Source: Thermoplasmatota archaeon (GTDB lineage Archaea; Thermoplasmatota; Penumbrarchaeia; Penumbrarchaeales; Penumbrarchaeaceae). Taken from it: a DNA stretch of 64,000 bases. Below are positions 20,201 through 29,500 of this stretch, piece after piece (the first letter of the stretch is position 1; each line of letters opens with the position of its first letter). Position numbers and translations under genes: made by a program. The notes under the pieces were generated by a model. It did no database searches. It had not been told where the DNA came from and worked only from the letters and a program-made list of their open reading frames with translations. The stretch spans positions 20,522 through 84,521 of the forward strand of contig JBLIRG010000001.1 of the NCBI GenBank assembly GCA_049472195.1, given 5' to 3'.

Positions 20201-21861
20201 ATGTATGCGAAGAAACCGATGGATCCAAGGACTATGGGCAGGATGGTCAGAAGCAGGAAATTGTTGACCGCGAAATTATCCCAGCTCTCGTATGTGACCC
20301 CAACGAAACCGAGGAAAACCAGCAGCGCCACGATGGAATAGACGATCGAAAGCCCTTCCGCCTTGAAGAACTTCACGAGCTCCACGATAACCCAGCCGGC
20401 AAGAAGAGCGAAGGCCGGTGTCGCATTGAACGTGAACCTTATGGCCGTCAGCGCCATGTAGATTGCAACACCGGTCCAGATCACGATGAAGATATAATCC
20501 TTCTTGAGATGCTTCGGGATCTGGATGAACGCCATCACCACTCCCGCCAGTCCGAGGAAGAACGTCGCGGGTCCGTATGTGAATACCACCCGGGACAGAT
20601 CAGGGGCCTGCGCCTCGGCTATGGTAGAATAGAGTTTGTTCGTGACGAAGTAACCGCCGCCCGTGAAAAGGAGGTCCGCCGTATCCGGGAATCCGAGCCG
20701 GAGCAGGAAGTATCCGGAAAGAAGGAAGAGTACCAGGGTGGGTATGACTATCAGCCAGGGCATATCCCTGGTGGGAACTATGAAGGCCCCGAGCATTATC
20801 ATGGCCAGCAGTATGTAGAATCCCTGGCTCCAGATCGTGATCGAGAATACGAAATAGTACGGCAGCGACAGAAGCGGAGTTATACCTATCGCTATCAATA
20901 TGATCAGGAACACTCCCAGGGAATCCTCGTTTCGGAACCTCTGGAGAAACAGCTGAACGAGGAAGTAGATCAGAAGAATGGCCATGACGTAGCCGTATCC
21001 CTGCCATGTCAATGCTATTGTCGCTATCGACAGACCGGTCAGTACGGCATATCCCACCGCTTCCTTGTTCTCCGTGAAGAACGACCTGAATCCCAGTATA
21101 ACGGATTCCGGCTTTCTCCAATCCTCGATGTAGTTACGATCCTTCTGCACGGAGAACGACTTGGAGAGGAAGTACATCGCCAGGACCACGAAGAACACGA
21201 TGAACGAATCGTGATCGGTAAATCCCAGGGTCGAACGTTCTATATGTGACGCGGTCAACGCCAGGAAAAATGCCGCCATGATGCCCGCTTTCCTTCCGAA
21301 AGCCTCCTTTCCGAGCAGGTACATCGGGAAGATCGTGAGAGCTCCCCAGAAGGTCGGCGCGAACTGGAACACGTACCATGTGGACGCATCCACGTTGAAC
21401 CCGAAAAAGGGAGACAGTACCAATCCGACGATCGCGATGGACCAGTCGAAGATCGGCGGCCTGGGATTACCCCCCCCGATGGGGTAGTTCAGCAGAGGAT
21501 CGATTATGGGATGACGGCCTTCGCTCTGGACGAAATCGATAACCCTCTTGTGATACGAAGGATCGTTACCAACGATGCGGGGAGGCCATGTGTCGAAGGA
21601 GATCTGATAGTAAAAATAGGATCTGATCAGGAAAGCGAGTATGAAAATGCCGATGAGGATGAAAATGAGGTTCTGGTTCTGCTTGAACCAGGCGGAAAGA
21701 CCGCCCTTCTTCTCCTTCACAACCTTCTCCGGTTTTTTCTGTTCCGTCTCCTGTACAATCTCCCCCTGCACCTGGGCATCGGCCTTCGGCTTGGCCTTCA
21801 CGGCCTGTTTTCCCTTGGTTTTCGGTGCTTTTGTCCTTGAGGATCTCGACCTGCGAGCCAT
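14290..21861 (-). CDS. aglB: Oligosaccharyltransferase AglB (STT3) with very long C-terminal extracellular extension (carboxypeptidase-regulatory-like/Ig repeats, CARDB-like domain, TM anchor)
   Basis: GNDPSYH, DPLLNYP.G..NPRPP, GFTDHD, TIAEAQ, MSWWDYG, ADNFQ; multi-TM N-terminal half; repeated GxVYWDxNxDG beta modules; VDPFNNIKESNENDN; terminal TM. Start at MARRSR (21861) with GGTGG RBS. Confidence 0.93.
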   Translation of the reverse strand: MARRSRSSRTKAPKTKGKQAVKAKPKADAQVQGEIVQETEQKKPEKVVKEKKGGLSAWFKQNQNLIFILIGIFILAFLIRSYFYYQISFDTWPPRIVGNDPSYHKRVIDFVQSEGRHPIIDPLLNYPIGGGNPRPPIFDWSIAIVGLVLSPFFGFNVDASTWYVFQFAPTFWGALTIFPMYLLGKEAFGRKAGIMAAFFLALTASHIERSTLGFTDHDSFIVFFVVLAMYFLSKSFSVQKDRNYIEDWRKPESVILGFRSFFTENKEAVGYAVLTGLSIATIALTWQGYGYVMAILLIYFLVQLFLQRFRNEDSLGVFLIILIAIGITPLLSLPYYFVFSITIWSQGFYILLAMIMLGAFIVPTRDMPWLIVIPTLVLFLLSGYFLLRLGFPDTADLLFTGGGYFVTNKLYSTIAEAQAPDLSRVVFTYGPATFFLGLAGVVMAFIQIPKHLKKDYIFIVIWTGVAIYMALTAIRFTFNATPAFALLAGWVIVELVKFFKAEGLSIVYSIVALLVFLGFVGVTYESWDNFAVNNFLLLTILPIVLGSIGFFAYMKYRKHRENFKFRTILTALSVGFIVIFPNVLFAVDASIPYESKSDIDPDLEIFGSFGSSLHSEYWMDSYIWLSQQDTMIDGEYVEPEERPGFMSWWDYGFDELLLGKHPTAADNFQNGYQFTGSVIAAQNETEVISLMTARIIEGDFIENKRDFSDGMWDILREHLGDDDNSSLSAMELYRIYRNPAKYKTKVEGNPGYYGNYLELTTPNILYAAAKGVIMKLGKEGVVELYNDVTLHTEKSLRYFAVDYRLFPFSSSNTGIFYAPIKLADRDIDDYLEYRVYAQENTQGSNDNPVWTDYPDNPISMEKAEQEAERLGYKFRIREYDMYYTDAFYNSMFYKTYIGYSPEDVGQVSDGKSIPGMMGTSANLPPMQGWNMTHWMLAYRTMYYSEKDEANSTFPDDYTPLSSKKALDLYYDQGGDVKSGLGQGVFYLKYYHGAKVSGRVMTNRGQGAPGVRVTVLDEYGIAHGNVLTDINGRYEVIAPPGRTSILVTGGELSNEYDYLYQFQIDQSTSQPVVNLNSTQLEISDDLAMWRIDDGKIEQDFIIGGKTISGTVYWDLNEDGSFTSEDEPIKQGEITFVMNDYEDVVYGPTDIDEDGKYRISDLVPGKYTVIYTHENVEEELISNLNIDPSTDTARDLKMLDSGINGQILYNDGIPVRDSSVLLISSEGNVERTLTDPAGNYSFSQIYPGVYDVIVEQYDSYHFPVSTAISNGLYETVNITLYPVATLDMEVTSRGNNGGPASGALVRINDKLNASRVWTFTLDDDGKLLQNLPASLYDLHVVSKERDQTYTALAILDMSWLSVSDITVDLKSALRVNGTLTKLSDTPMVDTELSFQMSNSEITAHAYTNNNGEYEIYLPRGSNYRVIVDNKTEIGNVSYFHIQELEYKDKTGSVQLDIWADSTIVVRGKVYWDKDGNEIFTSSRDLQEMGDPKDLAAEFALANITVAFHHQNGTLAFKTIEEGMYEALLLPGKYSMEIDEPGFDLYKKEIIIEDSVANRNFGINGTDAPLVPHERDFELNISYQMIGTETRTMVPLANTDVLFIPAESYMEGNELTFTTDSEGKIRASLIPVEYTVVVDERYEDNGLEHKLYGNDLLFLDPSDKLLLKDTVMNHTVVFEGTMAFTQDSLLRYPDDASVLFNPVYGVGETLESTLTDENGRFQVELPAGYYILESHHERAGQNYLYLDTITIGPESGIERYMLKPAFLVDGTFTNPFNGIKNARLQFSSEDVWTSTVPDSSGDFQIFMFEGEYRIVMFFETAESIMGEDVPVIYYHNSSVVVEGPVFGLELELNKEVLVSGAVYYDANGDRTIEPTEKQALVLITFTPEDENLDPVTVSSDYGGDYEAMVPFAPLTITVETEQFKMEPKEGYGFLNLPVTNEILWDISLDPLEIEVSGTMFMDENDNDEYDDGDRTVKGLELTFSSEDHVDTVVTGDGGAFSIGLPPGVYDVSGFKYTALKPVYGYLGEINIDLGDNMTGLEWEAVGAGRYSGTAYLTDTDGIFHGDINSDETLTFQIDDGASIETEIRGGTFTVNLPHYTYTVSSSIARREYNIEMTYDYRRALTIDEDTVPADLSLEFEKSKTYTFTMELMREHEHELQMVPGQTVRIPYYIQNAGNEPIVVTNEVSEKPDGWTVDIPGGSEIEVGIGERIDNLFVNITAPSDPDWDNVVKFEAKTTEETTANFQISIVTPPSYGFELNFDADDLIGMDFDESYTFNLTVQNIGNGEDVVNVMMDPLPGTTDRWRIEWEGSEEFPEYGENASLTPRGQRRYAVTVHSPTETQSFVGDSLRLTFSGTNRIGDSETAGITLRLAEPNLILPQGYLKLTNRKLTDPILNRTVEANITVGSQNRAASLVNVTLLVDGKRVADGIIPSIPQDGYGSTRLIFNITEFNLTEDDFHTFEVIVDPFNNIKESNENDNYGYWDNVVIGEYENEREINWRIVIFVVTIILITVGIIAYKQRTEPI

Positions 21862-22012
21862 CTGAATCCACCTGCATGAGGCATGCGGCCTCAAAATCCC
21901 GTCCAGAAACATACTGGATAGGGAGATACCACATGCTATTGAAGTGCCTCAATACCCTTCTTATACTTATTGGTTTTTATTATTACCATTACACATATGG
22001 CTTACGGATCAA

Positions 22013-22504
22013 CTACTCCCGGTCCGATCCTTTCTTTCCCCCGAGGATAACCGGAGCCGCGAACAGTATGGAAAGCGACATTAGAACGAACACCTGAACG
22101 ATCAGATCCGAGTTCAGATATACCCCTACCCGCGATATCCTGACGATGATGAAGAGGGATATGATGAAACCTGAGATCAGACCGGCCGTAACCATAATGG
22201 GTCCGGGCGACAACTTCTCCAACCTGTACGGCTTTCCGGACAGAATAAGCTCCATCATGATGAGCGAGGGTATGATTATCCCGAGGGTATAGACTGCCAG
22301 CTGATACATGTCGTTGAAGGATACCTCTATCCGCCCGAGGGTTATCAATCCGAACAGAAGGAATCCCACGAGACCTATCCATTTCTGTCGGGTGAGAAAG
22401 CAGACCGATACCAGGAGCAGGGGGAGCACCCAGAGAGGATTTAGGTCCGGACCGAGAATGAGAGCAACCAGAGCGAGGTACAGGACGAGCAGATGCCTGA
22501 TCAT
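22013..22504 (-). CDS. Small multi-pass membrane protein
   Basis: 163 aa, almost entirely hydrophobic helices; 4-nt ATGA overlap with the DUF58 gene. Confidence 0.75.
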   Translation of the reverse strand: MIRHLLVLYLALVALILGPDLNPLWVLPLLLVSVCFLTRQKWIGLVGFLLFGLITLGRIEVSFNDMYQLAVYTLGIIIPSLIMMELILSGKPYRLEKLSPGPIMVTAGLISGFIISLFIIVRISRVGVYLNSDLIVQVFVLMSLSILFAAPVILGGKKGSDRE

Positions 22505-23922
22505 TGGCTCATCCTCCTCAGGGTGGAGACCAGACGGTCGCCCCGTTCTCCGACGGACATCTCGATCACCCTGATCCCGTTCGAGCGCAGACCATTGAGA
22601 TATAACTGTTTTGCATTCAGATCCTCGTACATTTCCTCGAACGTCAGGAGATCTATATCACCGGTTGAAACGTGATAGGGCCATGAGAACGGGGATATGA
22701 CAATGACGCGATTGTTCTGCATCTTGGCCAGCGCGAGGGCCTTGGTGACGGCGGTGTTGTTAGTTTCCAGATCGGATATCACCACAAGAAGGAAACCGGT
22801 TCCCTCATCGCTCTTGATACATCTGACGGCCTCGAACACGCCTGTCGTCCTCTCTGACGAATACGATCCTCTTCTGCCCTTGACCAGAAACGGCCCGATG
22901 TTATCCATGAACTTTCCGACCGCTTTCCCTTCCCCGACGGGAACGGTCTCCGGCATTCCGGGGTACCCTCCGGTCCGGGTCGGATTGGGGAGCTGAAACA
23001 GCCCCAGAAGTACCTCGTCGAGGGAGGTTCCGACCGGATGGATCTCCCTGATCACCCTGTGCTCGTCGAACGCTATCAATCCGACGGGATGCCCCTGGAC
23101 CTTGAGCAGGGTCGCCACCTGAAGACCGATCGAAATGGCATGATCCAGCTTGGACCTCCTTCCGACCAGCTCCCTCATCGACAAGGATGAATCCATCAAT
23201 ATTATCGTGGGAAGCCGGGTCTCCAGATCGTATTCCTTGGTCATCAGCCTGGTTAGCCTGGATGCCGCTTTCCAGTCAATATCCCTGAACCTGTCCCCCG
23301 GTATGTATTCCCTTATTGACTTGAACTCCGTCCTGGTCGTTCTGGTATGCCTCTTATGGGCCAGGCCGGTTATTTCGAACTGTTTTCTCTTCGCCATGAG
23401 CCTCGCCATGGATATCTCCTGTTTTGAGGCCTGAACGAACAGATGAAGCCCGTCATCGTATTCCATATTCCTCCTGAACAGTCCCCGGCTGTCCGTGAGA
23501 ACTACCTCAAGGGGATTCAACTTATGATACCCCCGATCAAGCGGTACTATCGTGTAGTTGATGGTGACGGGTTTCTCGGGGAATAAGATCCCATCATGTC
23601 CCGTCTCACCCTGGACGAGTCGGAACCTCGATGGGATCCTCTCCGTAAACCGAATGCCGAGCGTCTCGCTTGCCGATACCTGTATCCTCACCGTCAGGGG
23701 AGAGCTCTTGTGTATTATCCGGTCCATCGGTTCCCGTTCGAAAACGAGCTCAATTCTGGATATCTTCTTTCGGTATTCCATGAGGTTGTAGGCCAGGTAG
23801 AAGAGGACAGCCGAACCGGCCGCGGCAACGAAAAGGTTCTCGAACAGGAAGGCGTAAACGTAGAATATCACAATTATCAGGATCATTGATTTCGATACCC
23901 TGGTGAAGGTTATCTCCATCAA
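22501..23922 (-). CDS. DUF58 (vWA-like) domain protein
   Basis: EFKSIREYIPGDRFRDIDWKAASR, KEYDLE, LMDSSLSM (MIDAS-like), VGLIAFD, VISDL; N-terminal TM pair. Confidence 0.9.
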   Translation of the reverse strand: MMEITFTRVSKSMILIIVIFYVYAFLFENLFVAAAGSAVLFYLAYNLMEYRKKISRIELVFEREPMDRIIHKSSPLTVRIQVSASETLGIRFTERIPSRFRLVQGETGHDGILFPEKPVTINYTIVPLDRGYHKLNPLEVVLTDSRGLFRRNMEYDDGLHLFVQASKQEISMARLMAKRKQFEITGLAHKRHTRTTRTEFKSIREYIPGDRFRDIDWKAASRLTRLMTKEYDLETRLPTIILMDSSLSMRELVGRRSKLDHAISIGLQVATLLKVQGHPVGLIAFDEHRVIREIHPVGTSLDEVLLGLFQLPNPTRTGGYPGMPETVPVGEGKAVGKFMDNIGPFLVKGRRGSYSSERTTGVFEAVRCIKSDEGTGFLLVVISDLETNNTAVTKALALAKMQNNRVIVISPFSWPYHVSTGDIDLLTFEEMYEDLNAKQLYLNGLRSNGIRVIEMSVGERGDRLVSTLRRMSQ

Positions 23923-25427
23923 TCCCCCTCCCCGGACACATATACGGTATGAATCCCGACACCGGAAGGAGAGATCACTGTAACCGTGAGATAATGATCT
24001 CCCCGGGGAAATCTTAAAAGCAGGGGATGGTAGACCTCGGTTGCATTGACCCGCACGCTGAAGGCGACCCCGGACGATTCCGTCAGGTTTGCTCCGGGGA
24101 GAATGATCGGATCAGGTCCCGATCCCATTTCCAGCATGATCAGATCCGGGTAAACGGGATTCTGCGAGATGTTCAGCCTCACAGTAACGTCCATGTCCCT
24201 CTCCGCAGACCTGTGGTAATTCACCGATATTTCCCTGTAACCCCCGCCAAAAGGGGACAGAAGATTCGAGGGATCGCCGTCAAATCCCGTGAGGAAGGAA
24301 AGATCGCCGGAGGACCCCACCGATTCGAGGGATGCCTCGTCGAACACTCTCACCCATATATGAATTCCCTGATATTCCTCTCCGTCCACGAAGAGGTAGA
24401 ACCTCAATCTGTGGAGGCCGATCTCCATTATGGTGAAATTGACATCCATCTCGACATTTTCACCGTCCCTGACGGAGATCTCCATCGAAGGGTTCCTATC
24501 GGGTTCCACAAGAATGTGATCGAACGATCCCACGGATTCGTTCTCTGCCCCATCCCTGATCATGCCCACCAGGGTGTAGTTCATCATCCTGTGCTCGTGA
24601 TTCTCGATCCCGATGTACACGAGCTGTTCGCTTCCCGCATGGATCAAACTGGGATACTCTTCGGCCTTCCCGGATTCGCCCAGGATGTAGAACTCGGTGA
24701 AGGATTCACCCTCCCTTGGAACCACAACGATGTAAACCAGCAGTGATACGGAGATGATCATCATGATCACGATACCGACGGTGAGCGCCTTGTCCGCTCC
24801 GGTTTGATCCTCGGCCGTAGACAGATCGATGACGATCCCGAACCTCTTCTCGACGGGCACCATGTACCTTCTCCGGACCGCAACTCCGCCGGTTATCACG
24901 ACGAACAGGAACATGGATCCGAATATCGGCACTAGTCTGAGGCCCAGGTTGTCCGGGTCCCAGTCGTATGTGAAATTGAGGATCAGTCCGATCAGGGAGG
25001 ATATCGCTATCGATAGGCCCAGGGACAGAGCCGCTCTCTCGAGGCCGTCAAGGCCCTTGGTTTTCACCCTCTCCTCATCCCGGTCGTCCTCCCCGGTATT
25101 TTTCTCCCGATACCTCTCCTCCCTTCTTTTCCTACGGGCTTTTCTCCTTTCGTATTTCGTCTGCTTCCTGCCGCTTTCCCCCGATATACCGCCGATTTCC
25201 GGCTCATTTTCGTCTGACGTATTCCTGCCCACGGTCAGGATCGTCTGTTTCTCCGGATAAAGAGCAGAGATCAGCACGTACCCGGGGAAGAAGAGGATGA
25301 ACGGAAGGCCCAGAATGACCCGGAGAAACGTGATCTTCGGCGTAAAAAGGAGTACCAGCATAAGAATGATTGATACGCCCATAACAGCGTAGAGATCGTA
25401 CGGCCTTTCCCTGATCTCGACTCTCAT
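23919..25427 (-). CDS. DUF1616-family membrane protein
   Basis: RVILGLPFILFFPGYVLISALYP, LERAALSLGLSIA, GESFTEFYILGESGKAEEYP, GIENHEHR. Confidence 0.88.
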   Translation of the reverse strand: MRVEIRERPYDLYAVMGVSIILMLVLLFTPKITFLRVILGLPFILFFPGYVLISALYPEKQTILTVGRNTSDENEPEIGGISGESGRKQTKYERRKARRKRREERYREKNTGEDDRDEERVKTKGLDGLERAALSLGLSIAISSLIGLILNFTYDWDPDNLGLRLVPIFGSMFLFVVITGGVAVRRRYMVPVEKRFGIVIDLSTAEDQTGADKALTVGIVIMMIISVSLLVYIVVVPREGESFTEFYILGESGKAEEYPSLIHAGSEQLVYIGIENHEHRMMNYTLVGMIRDGAENESVGSFDHILVEPDRNPSMEISVRDGENVEMDVNFTIMEIGLHRLRFYLFVDGEEYQGIHIWVRVFDEASLESVGSSGDLSFLTGFDGDPSNLLSPFGGGYREISVNYHRSAERDMDVTVRLNISQNPVYPDLIMLEMGSGPDPIILPGANLTESSGVAFSVRVNATEVYHPLLLRFPRGDHYLTVTVISPSGVGIHTVYVSGEGD

Positions 25428-25503
25428 CCGCCATGTTAGACATATCTACTAATAAAGCATTTTTGCACTGGTCAAATCCCGGATCCACTCCGTGATGTGG
25501 ATT

Positions 25504-26469
25504 TTATACGGGTGTCTCCTCCTCCTTCTGGGGCTTGAATCCGAGCCCGTAAACCTCGTGCAGATCGGCAATTACCATGAAAGCGTCGGGATCCTCTTCC
25601 ACAACGATCTGCCGGACATGGTAGATGGAACGCCTGGTGACCACGCAGAAAAGCACCTCCCTGTCCCTCATCGAATATCCCCCCTTTCCGTGAAGGATGG
25701 TAACCCCGCGGTTGATCTCCTTCAGAATCCTGCGATTGACGTCCTCCCACCTGTAGGAGATGATGTAGAGCCCTTTTGTATTTCCCATCCCTTCCACCAA
25801 GACATCGACGGTCTTCGAGGATATGAAAAGGGCAACGAAACCGATCAATGCGTATCCAACGTTGCCAAAGAATATCGATGCGGTCGCGATGACGAGAAAA
25901 TCGAATAGGAGGAAGGCCTGACCGGCGGTCATGATCCTGTACTTCACCGCTATCTGTGCTATTATATCACTTCCCCCCGTGGAACCCTGTGCTCTGAAAA
26001 CCAATCCAAGGCCCAGGCCGATCATGACGCCCCCGAAGATCCCCGCCAGAAGAGGATCGAGATCCTTGAGGACGTTTACTCCGGAGGGATCGGATAGAAG
26101 ATACGGGTGCGTGTCGAGGACAATACCGTAGAGGACCCGGTCGAGAAGATCAACTGCGACGGAAAACAGAACGAAACCGTATAGGGTCCTTATACCGAAC
26201 CTCTTTCCGAGAAGCTTGATTCCCAACACGAAAAGAGGGATGTTCAGCACAAGCATTGTCAATCCCAGGGGTACCCCGATAACCCTCCGAAGCACTATGG
26301 AGATCCCGGATATCCCTCCCGCCGAAACCTTGTACGGATCGAGGAACCAGATCATTCCAAGCGCCATGATGATGATCCCCAGGGTTATCAAGGCATAATC
26401 TTTCACAACCCTGCGGATGATATGCGGCCTGGCTTCGGACCTTCGTATTGCCTCGTTCTCACGGACCAA
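25504..26469 (-). CDS. YitT-family membrane protein (with DUF2179-type C-terminus)
   Basis: GGISGISI, LNIPLF, GSTGGSDII, RGVTILHGKGGYS, DPDAFM, EVYGLGF. Confidence 0.92.
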   Translation of the reverse strand: MVRENEAIRRSEARPHIIRRVVKDYALITLGIIIMALGMIWFLDPYKVSAGGISGISIVLRRVIGVPLGLTMLVLNIPLFVLGIKLLGKRFGIRTLYGFVLFSVAVDLLDRVLYGIVLDTHPYLLSDPSGVNVLKDLDPLLAGIFGGVMIGLGLGLVFRAQGSTGGSDIIAQIAVKYRIMTAGQAFLLFDFLVIATASIFFGNVGYALIGFVALFISSKTVDVLVEGMGNTKGLYIISYRWEDVNRRILKEINRGVTILHGKGGYSMRDREVLFCVVTRRSIYHVRQIVVEEDPDAFMVIADLHEVYGLGFKPQKEEETPV

Positions 26470-26534
26470 GGATATAACCCCGAGGTGAGGGTGGAATCCC
26501 GCCGTTTATATGAACCTTTCCGAAGGTCTGCCTG

Positions 26535-29500
26535 TCACTCCAGATCCTCAAGCTCCTCGAGTTCCTCCAGTTCCTCCATATCTTCCTGATCCTCGTCGAA
26601 CTCGACATCTTCCCATTCCGGAACCGGAGGTTCGACCGATCCCTCATCTGCCGGTTCGTTATCCGATTCCCCATCTTCGTAATAATCTTCATCGGAATCA
26701 TCCCCCCAGACGGGAATATCCACCTCAGCATCCTCCTGTCCGGGAATCGGAGGCGGCGGTTTCAGCATCTCATCCTCATCCTCCGAGATCTGCTGCCCCA
26801 CGAACACGCCTTCGGCCTCCATCTCGAGTATCCTCTTCCTCTCGGATTCCCACGGCGTTCCGATGTCCTTCCTGCCGGAGCCCCGGAGTTCCAGGGTTTC
26901 ATGATCCCCCTTCCCGTGATCGATGGACCTGCCGTCGCTCCTGAGCCTGTGCCTCGATACCTCGGGAGCCCCCTTCTCCTTGATCTTCACGGGCCTGATA
27001 TACCCGGTCCCGTCGACCCTATCCTCGACATCCGACTCTTTGGGAGGAGGGAGGTTTGAAACGGCCGCACCCGATGTGGGAGGAAGGTTCCTTGCCATCT
27101 TGGCCAGTGAAAGCTGCGGGGCCTCGGCATCTTCAATTATCATCTGCTCCCTGCCCTCATCCGCGTTCCTCTTCCTGATCATCATGAATGCCAGGATCAA
27201 CAGGCCCAAAAGGAAGATTGCCATACCGGCTGCCACGGCGACTATCCAGCCAAAACCTCCTCCTCCGCCTCCTCCGTTATCAGTGATCTCTTCCTCGACC
27301 TCGAAGGTCCAGAGGGCCTCACCGGAATTGCCGGCTTCATCGTAGGCCCTGATCAGGATCGCGTGGCTTCCGGGCATCAGCACTCCGGTCGAGTAGGTGT
27401 TTCCGCTATCCAGTATGACCGGATCCTCTCCATCGACTACGATCTCGATCCTCTGGATATCGGAGCCGGTGCCATCGGCCAGCCAGTAGACGACTCCCTT
27501 CCCGTTCAAAACAGTGGTCTCCTCAGATATTGTGATGTTGGGAGGTGTTGTGTCCACGATCAGGGGATATTCGCTCTCAATCGTTTCCCTGTGCCCCGCG
27601 AGGTCCACACATGTCAGTGCGAGATCATATCTTCCGTCCTCCAGGGAAATGTTGATATGATCATCCGAGATCGGAACCGGAAAGATCCTGCCGTCGACCG
27701 ATAGGTTTAACTCCCGTATGCCGGCCTCCTCGATGATCATGAAGCTGATGTTTACCCAATTGTTCGGCGAAACATAACCGGGGCCCAGACCCCATAACAA
27801 TGCAGGGGGGGTGGAATCGATCAGGAATATCGACGTTGCCTGGACCATGTTTCCCGCCCTGTCCACGGCGGTCAGAACCGCGGTGTGGTATGAGTCCCGT
27901 GAAAATGTCTCGGTATAACGGTCCGTTTCGAGGAGGTCAACCTCATCACGATCGTCAACAGTCAATGTCAGCATTTCGATCTCATCATCATCCGCGGCCT
28001 TCCAGTAGAAGCTGATCCGGGGATCCTTGAATATGGACCCGTTCTTCGGAGTCAGAAGCTCTATGACCGGGTCCGTGTAATCCATCGTGATCTCTATTCG
28101 GTTCTCTCCCATATTACCCGCCCTGTCCGTGGCAACGACCGATATCGTATGGGTTCCCTCTTCGAGGGATACCCGATATTCCGTTGATTCTCCAAGATCT
28201 ATCGGCTCCTCCTCGTCAATCATTATGGAATATGACGATACGCCCCAGTCATCGAGACCGGCCCATTTAATGAGCAGATCCCTCTCGTTGCTCGGTTTAC
28301 CCTGTTCCGGTTCGAGGAAGACGATGGAGGGTGTGGTATCGTCCTTAACGACGGTTATTATGGACTCAATGTAGTTCTCAAACTCATCCACCAGCCTCAG
28401 GGCTATATCGAAATCGCCATTGTAGGGCAGGTACACAAGACCGTCCGGCAGCTCGTTAACCGGTTGAAAATCAGAGGAAGCCCCTATCCTGACGATGGCT
28501 TCGGAATAGGAGAATGTCCCGTTGTATTCCCATATGAACGGGATCGAGGACAGTGAAGTATACTGGCCGTCATAAGGCGACAATATGTTCAGGCCGTTAG
28601 GTCCTCCTACCGTGAAGCGTACCGAGATTTCCGCGATGAGGCCGGCCATGTCCACTGCTTTGGCGTAAAAAATATGCCCGCCAGTCTTCAGGAACCTGCT
28701 GGAGGTCGTATATTGAAGGGCATCCTCCCACTCGCCGTCGTCTATCTTGATCATCATTCCCGAGAGCTTGACGTTGTCGGTGGCTTCAAAATTGAAGCTG
28801 ACGATGGGATTTGACAGCACGGATCCGGGCTGGGGCGATAGCACGGTTATTACCGGCGGCGTCCTGTCGGCGTAGAAACCCACGGTCTTCTCGAGTGATA
28901 GATTTTGATCATCCGTGACAGACACCGTAATTTCATGATAACCCTCGTCAACAGATTCCTCGTAGACCCTCTGGACCGTGTTCAAATAGTAAATTGTATC
29001 ATCGATCCGAAGCGACTGATTCGTCACGGGGAATCCTGTCCTTACCGACCACATTATCCTCATTGGATCGTCATCGTAATATTCGTTTTCAACAGGTGTT
29101 TCGATACTCAAGACCTCGACCGTTGTGTTCAGGGTTATCATTCTCTCGTTGAATACGTAGAGGCCGGCCCGATCGAAAACTGTAAGGTTGATCAGATGAT
29201 CCCCCTCGGCAAGGAAAACCGACCGCTCCGTCAGATCGGTAATTTCCTCCGCTTCACTCTTGTCAACGGCCAGATATACTTTTCCGACACCAGACAGATC
29301 ATCCCTGGCATCCCACTTGAGCCGGATATACGACTTCTCGGAATAACCCCCCCGTGGAACGGTCAGGCTGATGGATGGGCGTCCCGTGTCAAAATAGGGA
29401 TTAGTGTATGGCAGGTAATCCGTACCCGAGTTGGGAAATGTGTACTCTACGTCGACTATCCCGTTCACATCGGTATCCGGAGTTCTGTGGTTCGCCCAGA

